Positions 49,618 through 60,117 of a stretch of DNA of 64,000 bases are shown here, in pieces. The translations under genes were made by a program, and so were the position numbers. The notes under the pieces were generated by a model. It was not told the origin of the DNA. It did not search any database and saw only the letters and a list, made by a program, of their open reading frames with translations. Origin of the DNA: Takakia lepidozioides (lineage: Eukaryota > Plantae > Bryophyta); contig CM060731.1 of assembly GCA_030704615.1 (NCBI GenBank), forward strand, positions 27,838,001-27,902,000, written 5' to 3'. Within the stretch, counting starts at the first letter, position 1; each line of letters starts with the position of its first letter.

Positions 49618-52600
49618 TTGAGTGTCAACACGGAGGTGCCACTAGTTGCTGGGGACAGTGCCGGTTCGAGCACTAGCGATACTAGTGGGTACACGAGACG
49701 AGGTGTGCGGTTTAGGCCACCTTCACCTCCTGTGTCTTCCACGGAAGGTTCTGATTCGGATTGTGAATCAGGAGGGCTCATACCGGCGGTGCAAGTTGTT
49801 TCTTTGCCATTGTTGTGGGACACAATGGAGGAGATGTATGGAGCTACCAAGGGGCCACGAAGGTACTCTGGGGCGGTGGGCACCATTGAGTTGGATGATT
49901 TTATCCAAGAGTTTGATAGTTGGTGTGATTTGCAGCAAATGCGCAATCCACAACTATTTACGCCGTTCATGGCATGGAAAGGGCTGTTTCAGCACCTTGA
50001 GGGGCCGCCTATGGATGATTACCATGAGTTCAGGCGGGGGCATGAGGTTGAGATCGAGGAGTGGAGGATGTACTGGTCACCCGACTATGTCTCCATCACT
50101 AGGGGCACTAGAGCCACGAGGGCAGTGGCTACACCTGCCGCTGCACCGGCAGCTTCAGCAAGCAGCAGTGGGACTGGTGGTACAGTAGCTACGACGTCCA
50201 CCCAAGCCACTACCGCACCAGCACTAGCACCCGTGCCTGCCTTCAACCCTGTTGTGGAGTTCTTCGAAGAGTTGAGAGGGAACTACCAAGGGGTGAGGAC
50301 AGAGAAGTTGCGGAGCTTGCAAGAGTTCCAACGGAAGCCGACCGAGAGCTTGAGGGAGGCTTTCACTCGCATGAGGCGCTTGATAAATGTAACCCAAGGG
50401 GTTACGGAAGCTCAGGCAGTCCAATTCTGGTATGGGATATTGGACAAGGAGCTGAGGAGAAGGGTGCGGGATGCAACTCTCCTACAAGCGGCCCAACCCA
50501 CCTTAGCAAATGTGTTTTTGCTGGCAGAGCGGATAGAGCTCAACATGGTGGAGGAACGAGTGGTCATGGTGGGATTTGCTAAGGAGACACCACGGGGTAG
50601 TGGTGCTCCTAGCCAACCACTACCTCAACGTGCTCAAGGCAACAAGGGGGCTCAGGTGAAGCTCAGGGAAGGGCAGAGAGGACCTCAGATGCAGGGGTCT
50701 CTCCCTTCATTTGCTGGCCAACAACGGGCGGATGTGGTGTGCTGGACATGTGGAGGACCCCATGTCAAGAAGGATTGTCCAGAGGGAGGCAAAGGGCCGG
50801 CACATGCACAGCCTGCACAGTTACAGTGTGGGCATTGTGGCAAACACGGGCATGGAGAGGCTCAGTGTTATGGTTTGCATCCTGAGTTGCGCCCAGGCCA
50901 GTTCCAAGGGAACAATGGTGGCCGGGGGCGAGGTGGAGCAGCCCAGAGAGGACGAGGTGGCCAGCCACGAGGTGCAGGCCAAGGGCAAGCTCAACGTGGC
51001 CAAGGACGCGGAGGTCAGGGTGTTGACCAAGGCATGGCCAACCGGCTTCAGCAGCTAGAGCAGAGGCTCGCTGCCATGGCTACAGCTCAGGTGGTACCGG
51101 CTCTAAGGCCGGATGGTCCACCTCCTGCTCCTGAGGGAGGAGATATGGGAGGCATGGGATTCATGTGTGGAGCAGCACTACCACTAGTGCAGGTGGAGTC
51201 TGCTGCAGCCGTGACTCGAGGAGCAGCACGAGTTCCTGAGCCACGAGGTGCAGAGGTGGAGTTGGATCCACAGCGTGGGGAGGCAAGCCGTCAGGCTAGG
51301 CTTCCTCAGTCATTCACATTGGCGGAGACAGTGTCGACGCCATCCATGGCACCTAGTTCTCGCCCGACTGTTACCGAGGCGGAGGTTACTATGCCATTGG
51401 GGAGAGCTACACGGGTAGCACCACTACCTAGTGTTGCCAAGGCTACGGCAGCTAGTGTGCTGCTAGGAGCGGCCACATCTGTGTGCCAGGCTCCATTGTT
51501 CTCGGCTACCATGATTGCGACGCCGGGGGTAAGACCAGCTGAGGTGTTCAGGCTGGCAGCTACACTCTGTGAGAGTGGGGAGGTTACTTCATCTTCTGCG
51601 GAGATAGTGGGAGGTGTAGTGCCGGAGGGATCCTCGGATTTGAGGGTCAAGACTGCCACGGCGGCGCCATGGCAAGCTGCAGCTGCCAGGTTGATGGAGC
51701 TGCCAGCTAGGCCAGCCATTGAGCGCGCCATGGTGACACCTGGAGTTGTCATGTTAGACAACCAGGATGGCATTTTCTGTTTGAGTGGACCGGCAGGCAA
51801 GAGGTACCGGCCACTGCGAGTCTTGTTGGACTCGGGAGCTCAGCCACTGATGCTGGGCAGAGCTGCTATTGCAGGCTTGGGCCTCACGGAGGCGGATATG
51901 GAGCCTTGTCCTTTCCAGATACAGACGTCTCTGGGAGGATCGGAGCAGGCTCGGGGCATGACACGGCATGAGTTGGCTATCAGACTACGGCCGGATCACC
52001 CTACAGATGGCTCAGTGATGCGAGCCAAGGCCATTGTGACAGACGCAGTCTCATACGATGTCCTGGTTGGTGGGGCAGTGTTGTACCCCATGGGCTTCAC
52101 CCTGGATTTTTGGGAGGAGTCAGCTTCCTATAGGCCTGCATGGCAGTCAGGGGAGGGCCGGCGTGTGCAGCTCCCTGTGACGTTCATAGGAGGAGTTGCG
52201 GTTGCCCAGCGAGGCAAGATGCCGACACTAGCAGCATTCACAGCGGCAGTGAGTTGGCCTAGAGAGTTGCTTGAGGGCAATGCTCATTCAGAGGATGTAC
52301 CACCTCCGGGAGAGCAGGATGACATGTATGGTATGGCGGAGTTGCCTACCATGGTTGCTCAGACTCCATTGTGGGGCACGAGCAAGGATTTGCAGCGGGA
52401 TGCTGATCGACGGGTGCAACAAGCCTGGGTGGAGGCTTTTGTACCGTCAGGAGAGGAGGAGAGTGTGGGGATTGCACCAGGACCACCTCAATTGTCTCCA
52501 TTGGACACCACACCTATTGTGTGGCAGTCTCCGGATGAAGGCATTTGTCTTCTGGACTTGTTTGGCGGGATCAGCACCGGATTGGCTGCTGTGTTACAGG

Positions 52601-53790
52601 CAGGTGTACGAGTTCGGCGTTACCTGTATGTGGAGAGGGATGAGACTGCACGACGCGTTTCACTTCGCCATGTTGCTCAGTTGGTGCAGCGGTACCCTGA
52701 GTTGTTGTCGGTGTCTGCAATTCGTGGATATCAGCAGGCCTTGCCAGCAGACATTTCGTTGCTGGGGGCGCAGGATTTGGAGCGGGTTGGCTCCATTGAT
52801 CTGGTAGTGGCAGGTTGGCCCTGCCAAGGGCATTCATCAGCCGGGCATGGCAATGGATTGCGAGACTCGAGGTCGGGTCTGTTTTGGGAGATGGTGCGGG
52901 TTTTGCGCCACTTGCAGCTTCATCAAGCTGTATCTCCAGCATACATCTTGGAGAATGTGCCACTGATGGGCGATTCTCGGGCCAGGGTGATGGCCAGTGT
53001 GCATCAAGTCCGGTCGTGGCTTGGGTCAGCAGTGTTGCTAGATGCAGCTACAGTGGGGTCACGGGCTCATCGTCCACGGCTATGGTGGACTAACATGATG
53101 CCACCCGCACTGCTCAAGCGTGCATTTGATGGGGTGCAGCGGCCAGCACATCTCACAGTGGATAACATTCTGGACACAGGGAGGCAGTCTCAACGTGTGA
53201 GACACGATGACCGTTCGCCTTTGGCAGTGGTCAACAAGGTGGGTCAACCACGAGCAGCATTACCTACACTGCTCAGCTTCCCAGGATCGCATGCTTTCCG
53301 GGATAGTGGACCTGGCCTCCTGTGGGATGCTCAGTTGCAGCAGTTAGTGGAGCCTAATGCTGACGAGCGTGAGCGGGCAATGGGTTTTACCACTGGTACC
53401 ACGGCGGTGTCGTCTCTTTCTGAGGCATCACGTCGTCAAGTGTTGGGGCAAGCAATGGATCTCAATTGCTTGACCTGGATTATCAGCTTGGCTCTAGCTG
53501 AGCAACGCAGAGTGCGGAATACACTTCCCTCAATGGTCTCTCTGCCTACCGAGACGGTACAGGCAGTGAGTGGGGGCGAGCATGTGAGGACCACGGGGTG
53601 CATGCATCCATGGCACACGTGGGAGGTGCTCGAGGTTCAGAGGGAGTTGGCAGCCAAGGCGGCTGTGATGGATGAGGTTGGGGATTCTTCTCGAGTTGAG
53701 GAGGTCCTCAAGGATGAGATGATGGGGCAGGATGATGCCTTGTCATTGACTGAGCAGGTAGGGAGTACTGCTCAAGAGGTTGCAGCATAG
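49618..53790 (+). CDS. Gag (two Zn knuckles) - aspartic protease - C5 cytosine DNA methyltransferase polyprotein
   Basis: CWTCGGPHVKKDC, CGHCGKHGHGEAQC, VLLDSGAQ; DNMT motifs DLFGGIS, YVERD, AGWPCQGHS, ILENV, RPRLWWTN, ERAMGF, LGQAMD. The true start codon is uncertain. Confidence 0.93.
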   Translation: MSVNTEVPLVAGDSAGSSTSDTSGYTRRGVRFRPPSPPVSSTEGSDSDCESGGLIPAVQVVSLPLLWDTMEEMYGATKGPRRYSGAVGTIELDDFIQEFDSWCDLQQMRNPQLFTPFMAWKGLFQHLEGPPMDDYHEFRRGHEVEIEEWRMYWSPDYVSITRGTRATRAVATPAAAPAASASSSGTGGTVATTSTQATTAPALAPVPAFNPVVEFFEELRGNYQGVRTEKLRSLQEFQRKPTESLREAFTRMRRLINVTQGVTEAQAVQFWYGILDKELRRRVRDATLLQAAQPTLANVFLLAERIELNMVEERVVMVGFAKETPRGSGAPSQPLPQRAQGNKGAQVKLREGQRGPQMQGSLPSFAGQQRADVVCWTCGGPHVKKDCPEGGKGPAHAQPAQLQCGHCGKHGHGEAQCYGLHPELRPGQFQGNNGGRGRGGAAQRGRGGQPRGAGQGQAQRGQGRGGQGVDQGMANRLQQLEQRLAAMATAQVVPALRPDGPPPAPEGGDMGGMGFMCGAALPLVQVESAAAVTRGAARVPEPRGAEVELDPQRGEASRQARLPQSFTLAETVSTPSMAPSSRPTVTEAEVTMPLGRATRVAPLPSVAKATAASVLLGAATSVCQAPLFSATMIATPGVRPAEVFRLAATLCESGEVTSSSAEIVGGVVPEGSSDLRVKTATAAPWQAAAARLMELPARPAIERAMVTPGVVMLDNQDGIFCLSGPAGKRYRPLRVLLDSGAQPLMLGRAAIAGLGLTEADMEPCPFQIQTSLGGSEQARGMTRHELAIRLRPDHPTDGSVMRAKAIVTDAVSYDVLVGGAVLYPMGFTLDFWEESASYRPAWQSGEGRRVQLPVTFIGGVAVAQRGKMPTLAAFTAAVSWPRELLEGNAHSEDVPPPGEQDDMYGMAELPTMVAQTPLWGTSKDLQRDADRRVQQAWVEAFVPSGEEESVGIAPGPPQLSPLDTTPIVWQSPDEGICLLDLFGGISTGLAAVLQAGVRVRRYLYVERDETARRVSLRHVAQLVQRYPELLSVSAIRGYQQALPADISLLGAQDLERVGSIDLVVAGWPCQGHSSAGHGNGLRDSRSGLFWEMVRVLRHLQLHQAVSPAYILENVPLMGDSRARVMASVHQVRSWLGSAVLLDAATVGSRAHRPRLWWTNMMPPALLKRAFDGVQRPAHLTVDNILDTGRQSQRVRHDDRSPLAVVNKVGQPRAALPTLLSFPGSHAFRDSGPGLLWDAQLQQLVEPNADERERAMGFTTGTTAVSSLSEASRRQVLGQAMDLNCLTWIISLALAEQRRVRNTLPSMVSLPTETVQAVSGGEHVRTTGCMHPWHTWEVLEVQRELAAKAAVMDEVGDSSRVEEVLKDEMMGQDDALSLTEQVGSTAQEVAA

Positions 53791-56700
53791 CAACCACGGG
53801 ACGCGTCCTCTACCTCTAAGCCCACTGGACTTAAGGTTGTAGTTACGGAGGACAATTGGGAGCCTGACATTGGACCCATTGTCACCGGAGGAGAGAGACG
53901 ACGTATACGGCGGTTCCTGAGGGCTTACAGGAATTGCTTTGCCTTCAGTTTGAAGGACTTGGGAGCACTGAAGGGTCAAGAGATCCGTATTGAGTTGGCC
54001 ACTGACACGCCAATCTTTCGGAGACCCTATAGATACAGTGACATGGAGAGGTCTTTGATTCAGATGAGGACTCAAGATCTCTGGGAGGCAGGTTTGGTGG
54101 AGCTCTCTGGTGGAGAGTATGCTTCAGCCACAGTGATGCCAGCCAAGAAGGATGTCTATGGCAATTGGACGGAGAGACGTATGTGCGGTGATTACCGGCC
54201 TGTAAATCGTCAGACCAAGTCCGATAAGTATGCCATGCCAACACCAGAGGAGATCTTTGATGCCATCGGGCATGCTAAGGCCTTTAGCACTTTGGATTTA
54301 CGATCCGGATATCACCAGTTGCCAATCAAGGAGGCGGACAAGCAGAAGACGACATTCTGGGGGATCAATGAGCACGGCAAGGATTGCCTATATCAGTGGC
54401 GGTTCTTACCATTTGGGCTTAAGAATGCTCCTGCAGAGTTTCAGAGAGTCATGGATAGGATTCTAGCAGGGGTGGACTTTGCTCGGTGCTACATAGATGA
54501 CATCATCATCTTTAGTGTTACGATGGAGGAGCATGAGAGACACCTTCAGGTGGTATTGGAGCGCTTGAGAGCGCACGGATTGAAGTTGCATCCGGGGAAG
54601 TGCAAGTTTTTCCACAACCAGATTGAGTATCTGGGTCACATGATATATCCTGGAGGATTGGGGGTACAGCAGACTAAGGTAGAGGCCATTGCACAAATTC
54701 CACGCCCCACGGATGTGAGCCGAGTTCGAGCTTTCATGGGGTTGGCAAACTATTATAGACGGTTTGTCAAGGGATTTAGTACCATTGCAAAGGCTCTAAC
54801 CAAGCTGACCAAGGTGGACCAGGAGTGGCAGTGGGAAGATGAGCAGGAACGAGCTTTTCAAGAGCTCAAGGCGAGGTTGACCTCGGCGCCTATCTTGAGA
54901 CGACCTATCAGGGGGCGTCCCTTTCAGCTGCATACGGATTGGAGCATGCTGGGGCTTGGAGCGGTGCTCACACAGGTGGATGATGAGGGAAGAGAGTTCG
55001 TAGTGGCTTACGCTAGCCGCTCGAACAACGCTGCAGAGGCTAAGTACAGCTCATATGAGGGAGAGTGCTTAGCTGCAGTGTGGGCCGTGGCACACTTCAG
55101 GTGCTATCTATACGGCAATCTTTTCACCCTTGTCACGGATCACCAGCCACTCAAGTGGTTGATGGAGTCAGACAAGCTTACGGGGAAGCTTGCACGGTGG
55201 GCACTTATACTCCAGGAGTATGACTTTCAGGTTGTGCATCGACCGGGTTTGGTCAATCGGGATGCGGATGGATTGAGTCGCAATCCATGCATGAGCCAGC
55301 AGGATGACACTGGAGCTCGGTGGCATGGTGAGACGGACGAGGAGATGGTGCCGGGATGGCACGCATCTGCATTTTTGTGTATCTTGGCATCGGGAGGTCA
55401 GATTGGACCTACAACAGGGATGACTGTAGACGGAGTGTCTGAGGACCCTGAGGCTAGTGATGAGCTAGGTGGTGCCAGAGATATACATGAGGATTCGGCT
55501 GTGTTGGACTACCTCCGCACGGGAGACACGGCAGCCATTGTGACTGCCAGGGAGAGGGATCGGATCCTGCAACGAGCCAAGAGGTTCAAGTGGGAGGGGA
55601 TACACCTACTTCGAGTGTGGGAGGATGGTCGGGTGAGGATTGTGCCTCACCCCACACAGCGTGCACGGTTAGTGCGGCATGCCCATGAGGAGTTGGGGCA
55701 TTTTGGAGTGCGACGCACTCACAGTTTACTGCAGGGGCAGTATTGGTGGCGTGGTATGCATACAGAGGTGCAACAGTTTGTGGCTAGGTGCATGGTGTGT
55801 GACAGGGTGCGTGCTTCATTCAACGCCCCTACACCACAGTTGCATCCTTTACCTATCATGGGATTGGGCTACAGGTGGAGTCTTGACTTCGCAGGACCGT
55901 TGCCACTGACTATGCGCCACCACAGATATGTGTTGGTGATGGTGGAGCACTTCTCCAAGTGGATTGAGTTGGTTCCATTGCCTGACAAGGCTAGTGAGGG
56001 GGCTGCGTATGCATTCTTGGATCGTGTGCTTAGCCGATTTGGTGCTCCAGCTGAGGTACTCACGGACCAAGGGAGAGAGTTCTTGGGGGAGTTTCAGGCT
56101 TTGTGTGATAAAGCCTTGATAGACCACCGCACCACTTCTCGGGATCATCCTGAGGCCGATGGCTTAGCAGAGAGAGTTGTTCAGACGGTGAAGAGGGGTT
56201 TGCGCAAGTATGGCTTGCAGAAGGGACACCTAGGAGATTGGGATCTTCAGGTTCCTTGGTTAGCCATGGGCTACAGGTTCAGCAAACAAGCATCACTTGC
56301 CTCCTTCTCACCATATTTCCTTCTCTTTGGCCGAGAGCCGGATTTGCCTGCAGCCATTCGTAGGGACACTGCTCAAGTCCTTAACCTTGACGATCCGGAC
56401 GTGTGGGTACGTGCATGTGATCAGCGTGCAGAGTTGTTCAAGAAAGTCATGCCCATGGCTTTTGAGAACCTTGCCATTGCACAGCACCGTGATACGTTGA
56501 GGTATGCCACTATACGTGGTGGAGGATATCGTCCTGGGGTTCGGAGGTTTAGCCCTGGTGACTATGTTTATTTGCAGCAGACTGCTCCTACGACTCTGGA
56601 TGTTACTGCAGGGCGTGTTATTCTGAGGGTTCGAGAGGTGTTGCCCTCAGGGGTCCTGATCTTAGAGGGTCGGGATGGCATGACTTGGAAAGACCATGTG

Positions 56701-56924
56701 CGTAATTGTGCGCCATGTCACCTTCCCAATGTCGATGGCAGAGTTGACCCAAACTTGGCAGTGGTACCTGCAGGTTTGAGGTGCATGCTCTGTGGGTCTG
56801 CCAAAGGGGCAGCCACCATGCTGGTGTGTGATCGTGCTCAAGGGGTTGGCATATGGGATGCTTGACACCACCTCTTGAGAAGGTTCCTGACGGAGATTGG
56901 TTGTGTCCACACTGCTTGGGATAG
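53791..56924 (+). CDS. Pol: RT - RNase H - integrase (HHCC, DDE) - PHD finger (1-nt frameshift at ~56835)
   Basis: [65 protein letters not shown]; same reading frame as ORF1. Confidence 0.93.
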
Positions 56925-57173
56925 TGGCAGTGGACATGACTGGAGGCAGCTAACAAGACATGGGAGGCCAAGCTCATAGGAGTCAATACATGAGATCCCA
57001 AGCTCAAGTTCACAGGTTGCAAGACGGCGACTAACGATGGGGCAACTCTTGCACCCGGCCTCTTGATCTATCGAGTTTGAGTGTAGTAGGGATAGTGGTG
57101 GAGGACTTAGTGAGGCTATGGTCACTATCACATCTTGTGGCTACCTGGACTTAGAGGGACCTAAGCACCAGCT

Positions 57174-57180
57174 AGGGGGG
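57174..57180 (+). promoter_or_regulatory. Polypurine tract
   Basis: agggggg just before repeat B1. Confidence 0.6.
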
Positions 57181-57182
57181 CG

Positions 57183-57891
57183 ATTGTGTGGACTAGTGAC
57201 TGCCATAGTGGGCAGCGTAGTGGCAGCCTAGTGACTGACTAGTTGTAGCCTAGTGGTTGGACTAGTGGCTGGACTAGTGGTAGACTAGTGGTATACTAGT
57301 GTGTGGTGTGCACATGTGTTGTGTGGTTTTGGACAGCGATGTAGTTGTGTAGCGATATGTATGCGCACGACAGCTGTCAAGTTATTTTACCACTAGTGTG
57401 AAACTAGCTAGGAAATAGCTAGCTTTTACATATTGACATTTGGGATTGGCCCAAGTGTCAATCCAGGGGTCAAGGCAGATTTAGGCCCTGGAGTGGTTAT
57501 CTTCACGGCAAGCGCGGGAGGCTCATCTTTCTCGAGTTGAGCCTCACCGCGCCTAGCTATGGCGCCGTAGTGTGGATTCCCCATGGCGTGGGGTGCACTT
57601 GGCTTGACTTGTATTTGAGTGATGAGGTTATATATGCATGAGTTTATGCTTCAGCTTTGTGAGCTCGCATGAGCTTGTGCTTGTATTCTTCTTCTTTATC
57701 TATTGTGTGGACTAGTGACTGCCATAGTGGGCAGCGTAGTGGCAGCCTAGTGACTGACTAGTTGTAGCCTAGTGGTTGGACTAGTGGTTGGACTAGTGGT
57801 AGACTAGTGGTATACTAGTGTGTGGTGTGCACATGTGTTGTGTGGTTTTGGACAGCGATGTAGTTGTGTAGCGATATGTATGCGCACGACA
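57183..57891 (+). repeat. 3' terminal block B1 (57183-57372) - gc - A2 (57375-57700) - t - B2 (57702-57891)
   Basis: B1 and B2 differ by 1 substitution seen; A2 matches A1. Confidence 0.95.
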
Positions 57892-57920
57892 AACTTCCTA
57901 TGTTGTAAGAGAAGTATACC

Positions 57921-59243
57921 AGTCGTGCTACAACACCGCTGATTCCACTGCGACCCGATCGAGATGTATTCTTCACACATCCCCGCGCCTTGACACCATT
58001 TGCCTGGAATTTCTTGAAATCAGTGGAACCCCAACTAACAACTAGTTGTGCCCATGTCTTGTCTGGCACATGATGGGGTTTGGGCAGCCCCACACTATAG
58101 TAATTTTTGAACAGCTTATTTCGTTGGTACTTGAGCTGCCCGCAAATTGTTTTTGTAATAGCCTTTATGTTAAGACCAGGAGGTCCGTATTCCCAATCTG
58201 AAGCCAAGATCTCCATGATCTTTTCAATTAAGTGTAATGGTTGATCCTGAGCATACAATGACCAGTCCAACAAACGTTGACACTGCCCTCGCAGAGCTGT
58301 CATCCACTGGTTCCGAGCAGGACCTTCAGGGTTTCCAAGTTCATCACAAGAAATGAAAAATTTCCTCCTCCCTACAGCCACATTCTGAACAGCCTGGTCT
58401 CTCAGATCTTTTGCAAGTGCCCTTCTTTCCTTCCTTAAAGCATTTTTGCGTTCTATAGGAGTCACACCTGATGTCCCCCCAGGAGTAAGGCTGGAATCCT
58501 GCAAGGTTTCAGTAGTACCTTGCATGTTACCACCTTCACTCTGTTGGGGCTGGACTGTTGTCTCCCACCCCACAGGATGATGCGGAGCAAATGCATCCTC
58601 GGTCTGTTTCAGAATGCCTTTCCCTTTTAGGGTATTAGGTGTACCTGGAGATGTTGGATAGAGAGGTGGCCGCGGTGCAGTGAAGCTCGAAGGTGCCGGC
58701 TGTTGTACTCCACTATAGTTGGATCCTGAAGGTTGGTGGCCACCATACTGGACCTGCCCCTGGTGTGGTCTTGCAGGGCTGGTAGGATAGAGGGAGGAAG
58801 TAGGTTGGTTGTACATAGGCCGAGGAGGATACATACTATGGGGATGCATTCCATAATGGTGGTAAATGGAATACCCACCTTGACTAGGATCATGCATTGG
58901 AGCGCCTGCAGGTGGAGCAAAAGAATTGTAATTCTGGCACTGAGGATCATTGTTTGGAGGTTGATAGTGAGGATACGGTATGTGCCCATGCAGATTATAC
59001 CCTGACATGGCAGGATACTGCGGGTACATAAGCGGATACGAGGGAGGAGCCGATACTGGTGGATACAAGGGAGCTGGAACGTCAGTCTGTGGAGTGGGCG
59101 GGGCTGGTTTTTCGTAAGTTGGAACAACCGCGCCACTCATCACAGCAGTTGGCACAATAGTTGGTGCACACTTTGCTGGAGTAAGAGACTTATGCTCGTC
59201 CGCATCCTTCCCTGCAATTCCCTTCCTTTTTTTTACTGAACTC
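57921..59243 (-). CDS. Exon of a CACTA accessory (TnpA/Ptta-like) gene; continues at ~45130 once the retroelement is removed
   Basis: Pro/Tyr-rich N-terminus, then W..ALRG.C..LLDW...KPHHV...W..LV..W...ARGCVKNTSRSGRSGISGVVARL|gt; next exon EKETG...KGYG. Confidence 0.6.
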
Positions 59244-59499
59244 TGCACACATTGCTCAACATAAACATGAGAAACAATACCACCATACTACTAGGGATGG
59301 CAAACCTAGTGGGTAAGCGAAGCCCAAAGGCCTATGCAAGAAGACCCTGTCAGTCAGACCTGCCTATAACAGTGAGGAGTCTTCTAAAGAATGGAAGGGT
59401 ACAGTGGAAATGACTGTCTACAATCCAAGACAACCCTGAAAAACTGGAGTACATCACAAAGGGGTACAACGTGCCCATTAGTTCTTCTGAGATTGCTGA

Positions 59500-60117
59500 A
59501 GCAATAGAACATCTAAAGGGCTATAAAGTTGGTGTGGCAAAGGGCTCCATCAGGACGATATCATTGGACCTTTTGGTGAGGACGAACTGAATTCTAATGG
59601 CAGATGGTTAATTAACTGTCTAGAAGATCTTCAGCTTTTGACCTTGAATAACAGGACAAGAGGTGACCAAGTGCAGTGGACTCGTGAGAAATCCCAAACT
59701 GGGGAACGTTCCATTGTGGATTATATCATAATGGACAAAAATTTGTTCCCCCAGTGTGCCAATGTGTTGATCGACAGAACTGATATTGGTACCTCTGACC
59801 AGTTCCTGGTTTGGAATGAGATCAAAAGGTGTTTTCCCAACCCCAAGAGATATGTGAAACATTCGATTCGGAAGTGGCGCATAGAAAAACTCCATAATGA
59901 GGAGGTCAAGGCTGAGTATGTCCAGGCCTTGCAAGAGGCTCTCCCTCATTTTGTCCAATCGCTCCAAGAACTTCAGTCTCGCTCTGATAACGCAAGAAAT
60001 GAAGTCGAAAGAGCAGGGGACTCTTGGGAGAGTTTCGTTTCCTCTGTGGTTGACAAGATCATTGGGATGAAACTAATTGTCTGTAGTAGAGCTGTTAATC
60101 CCCGTACTCACAGGTGA
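59500..60117 (+). mobile_element. LINE AP-endonuclease fragment
   Basis: GPFGEDELNSNGRWL, LTLNNR, SIVDYII, DIGTSDQFLV. Confidence 0.75.

Larger units (their letters stand above)
45389..57891 (+). mobile_element. Ty3/Gypsy-type retrotransposon with C5 DNA methyltransferase, PHD finger and split direct repeats
   Basis: TG at 45389 and CA at 57891; TSD AACT at 45385-45388 and 57892-57895; domain order Gag-PR-DNMT-RT-RH-IN-PHD; inserted in an intron of a minus-strand CACTA accessory gene. Confidence 0.95.

Noticed and set aside
45389-57891. Classification as a DIRS/Ngaro tyrosine-recombinase element
   Set aside because: No YR ORF was seen; it has an HHCC-DDE integrase, an aspartic protease, TG...CA ends and a TSD.
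57815-57920. C-terminal tail of the 477-aa ORF
   Set aside because: It reads through a splice donor into the intron and repeat B2.
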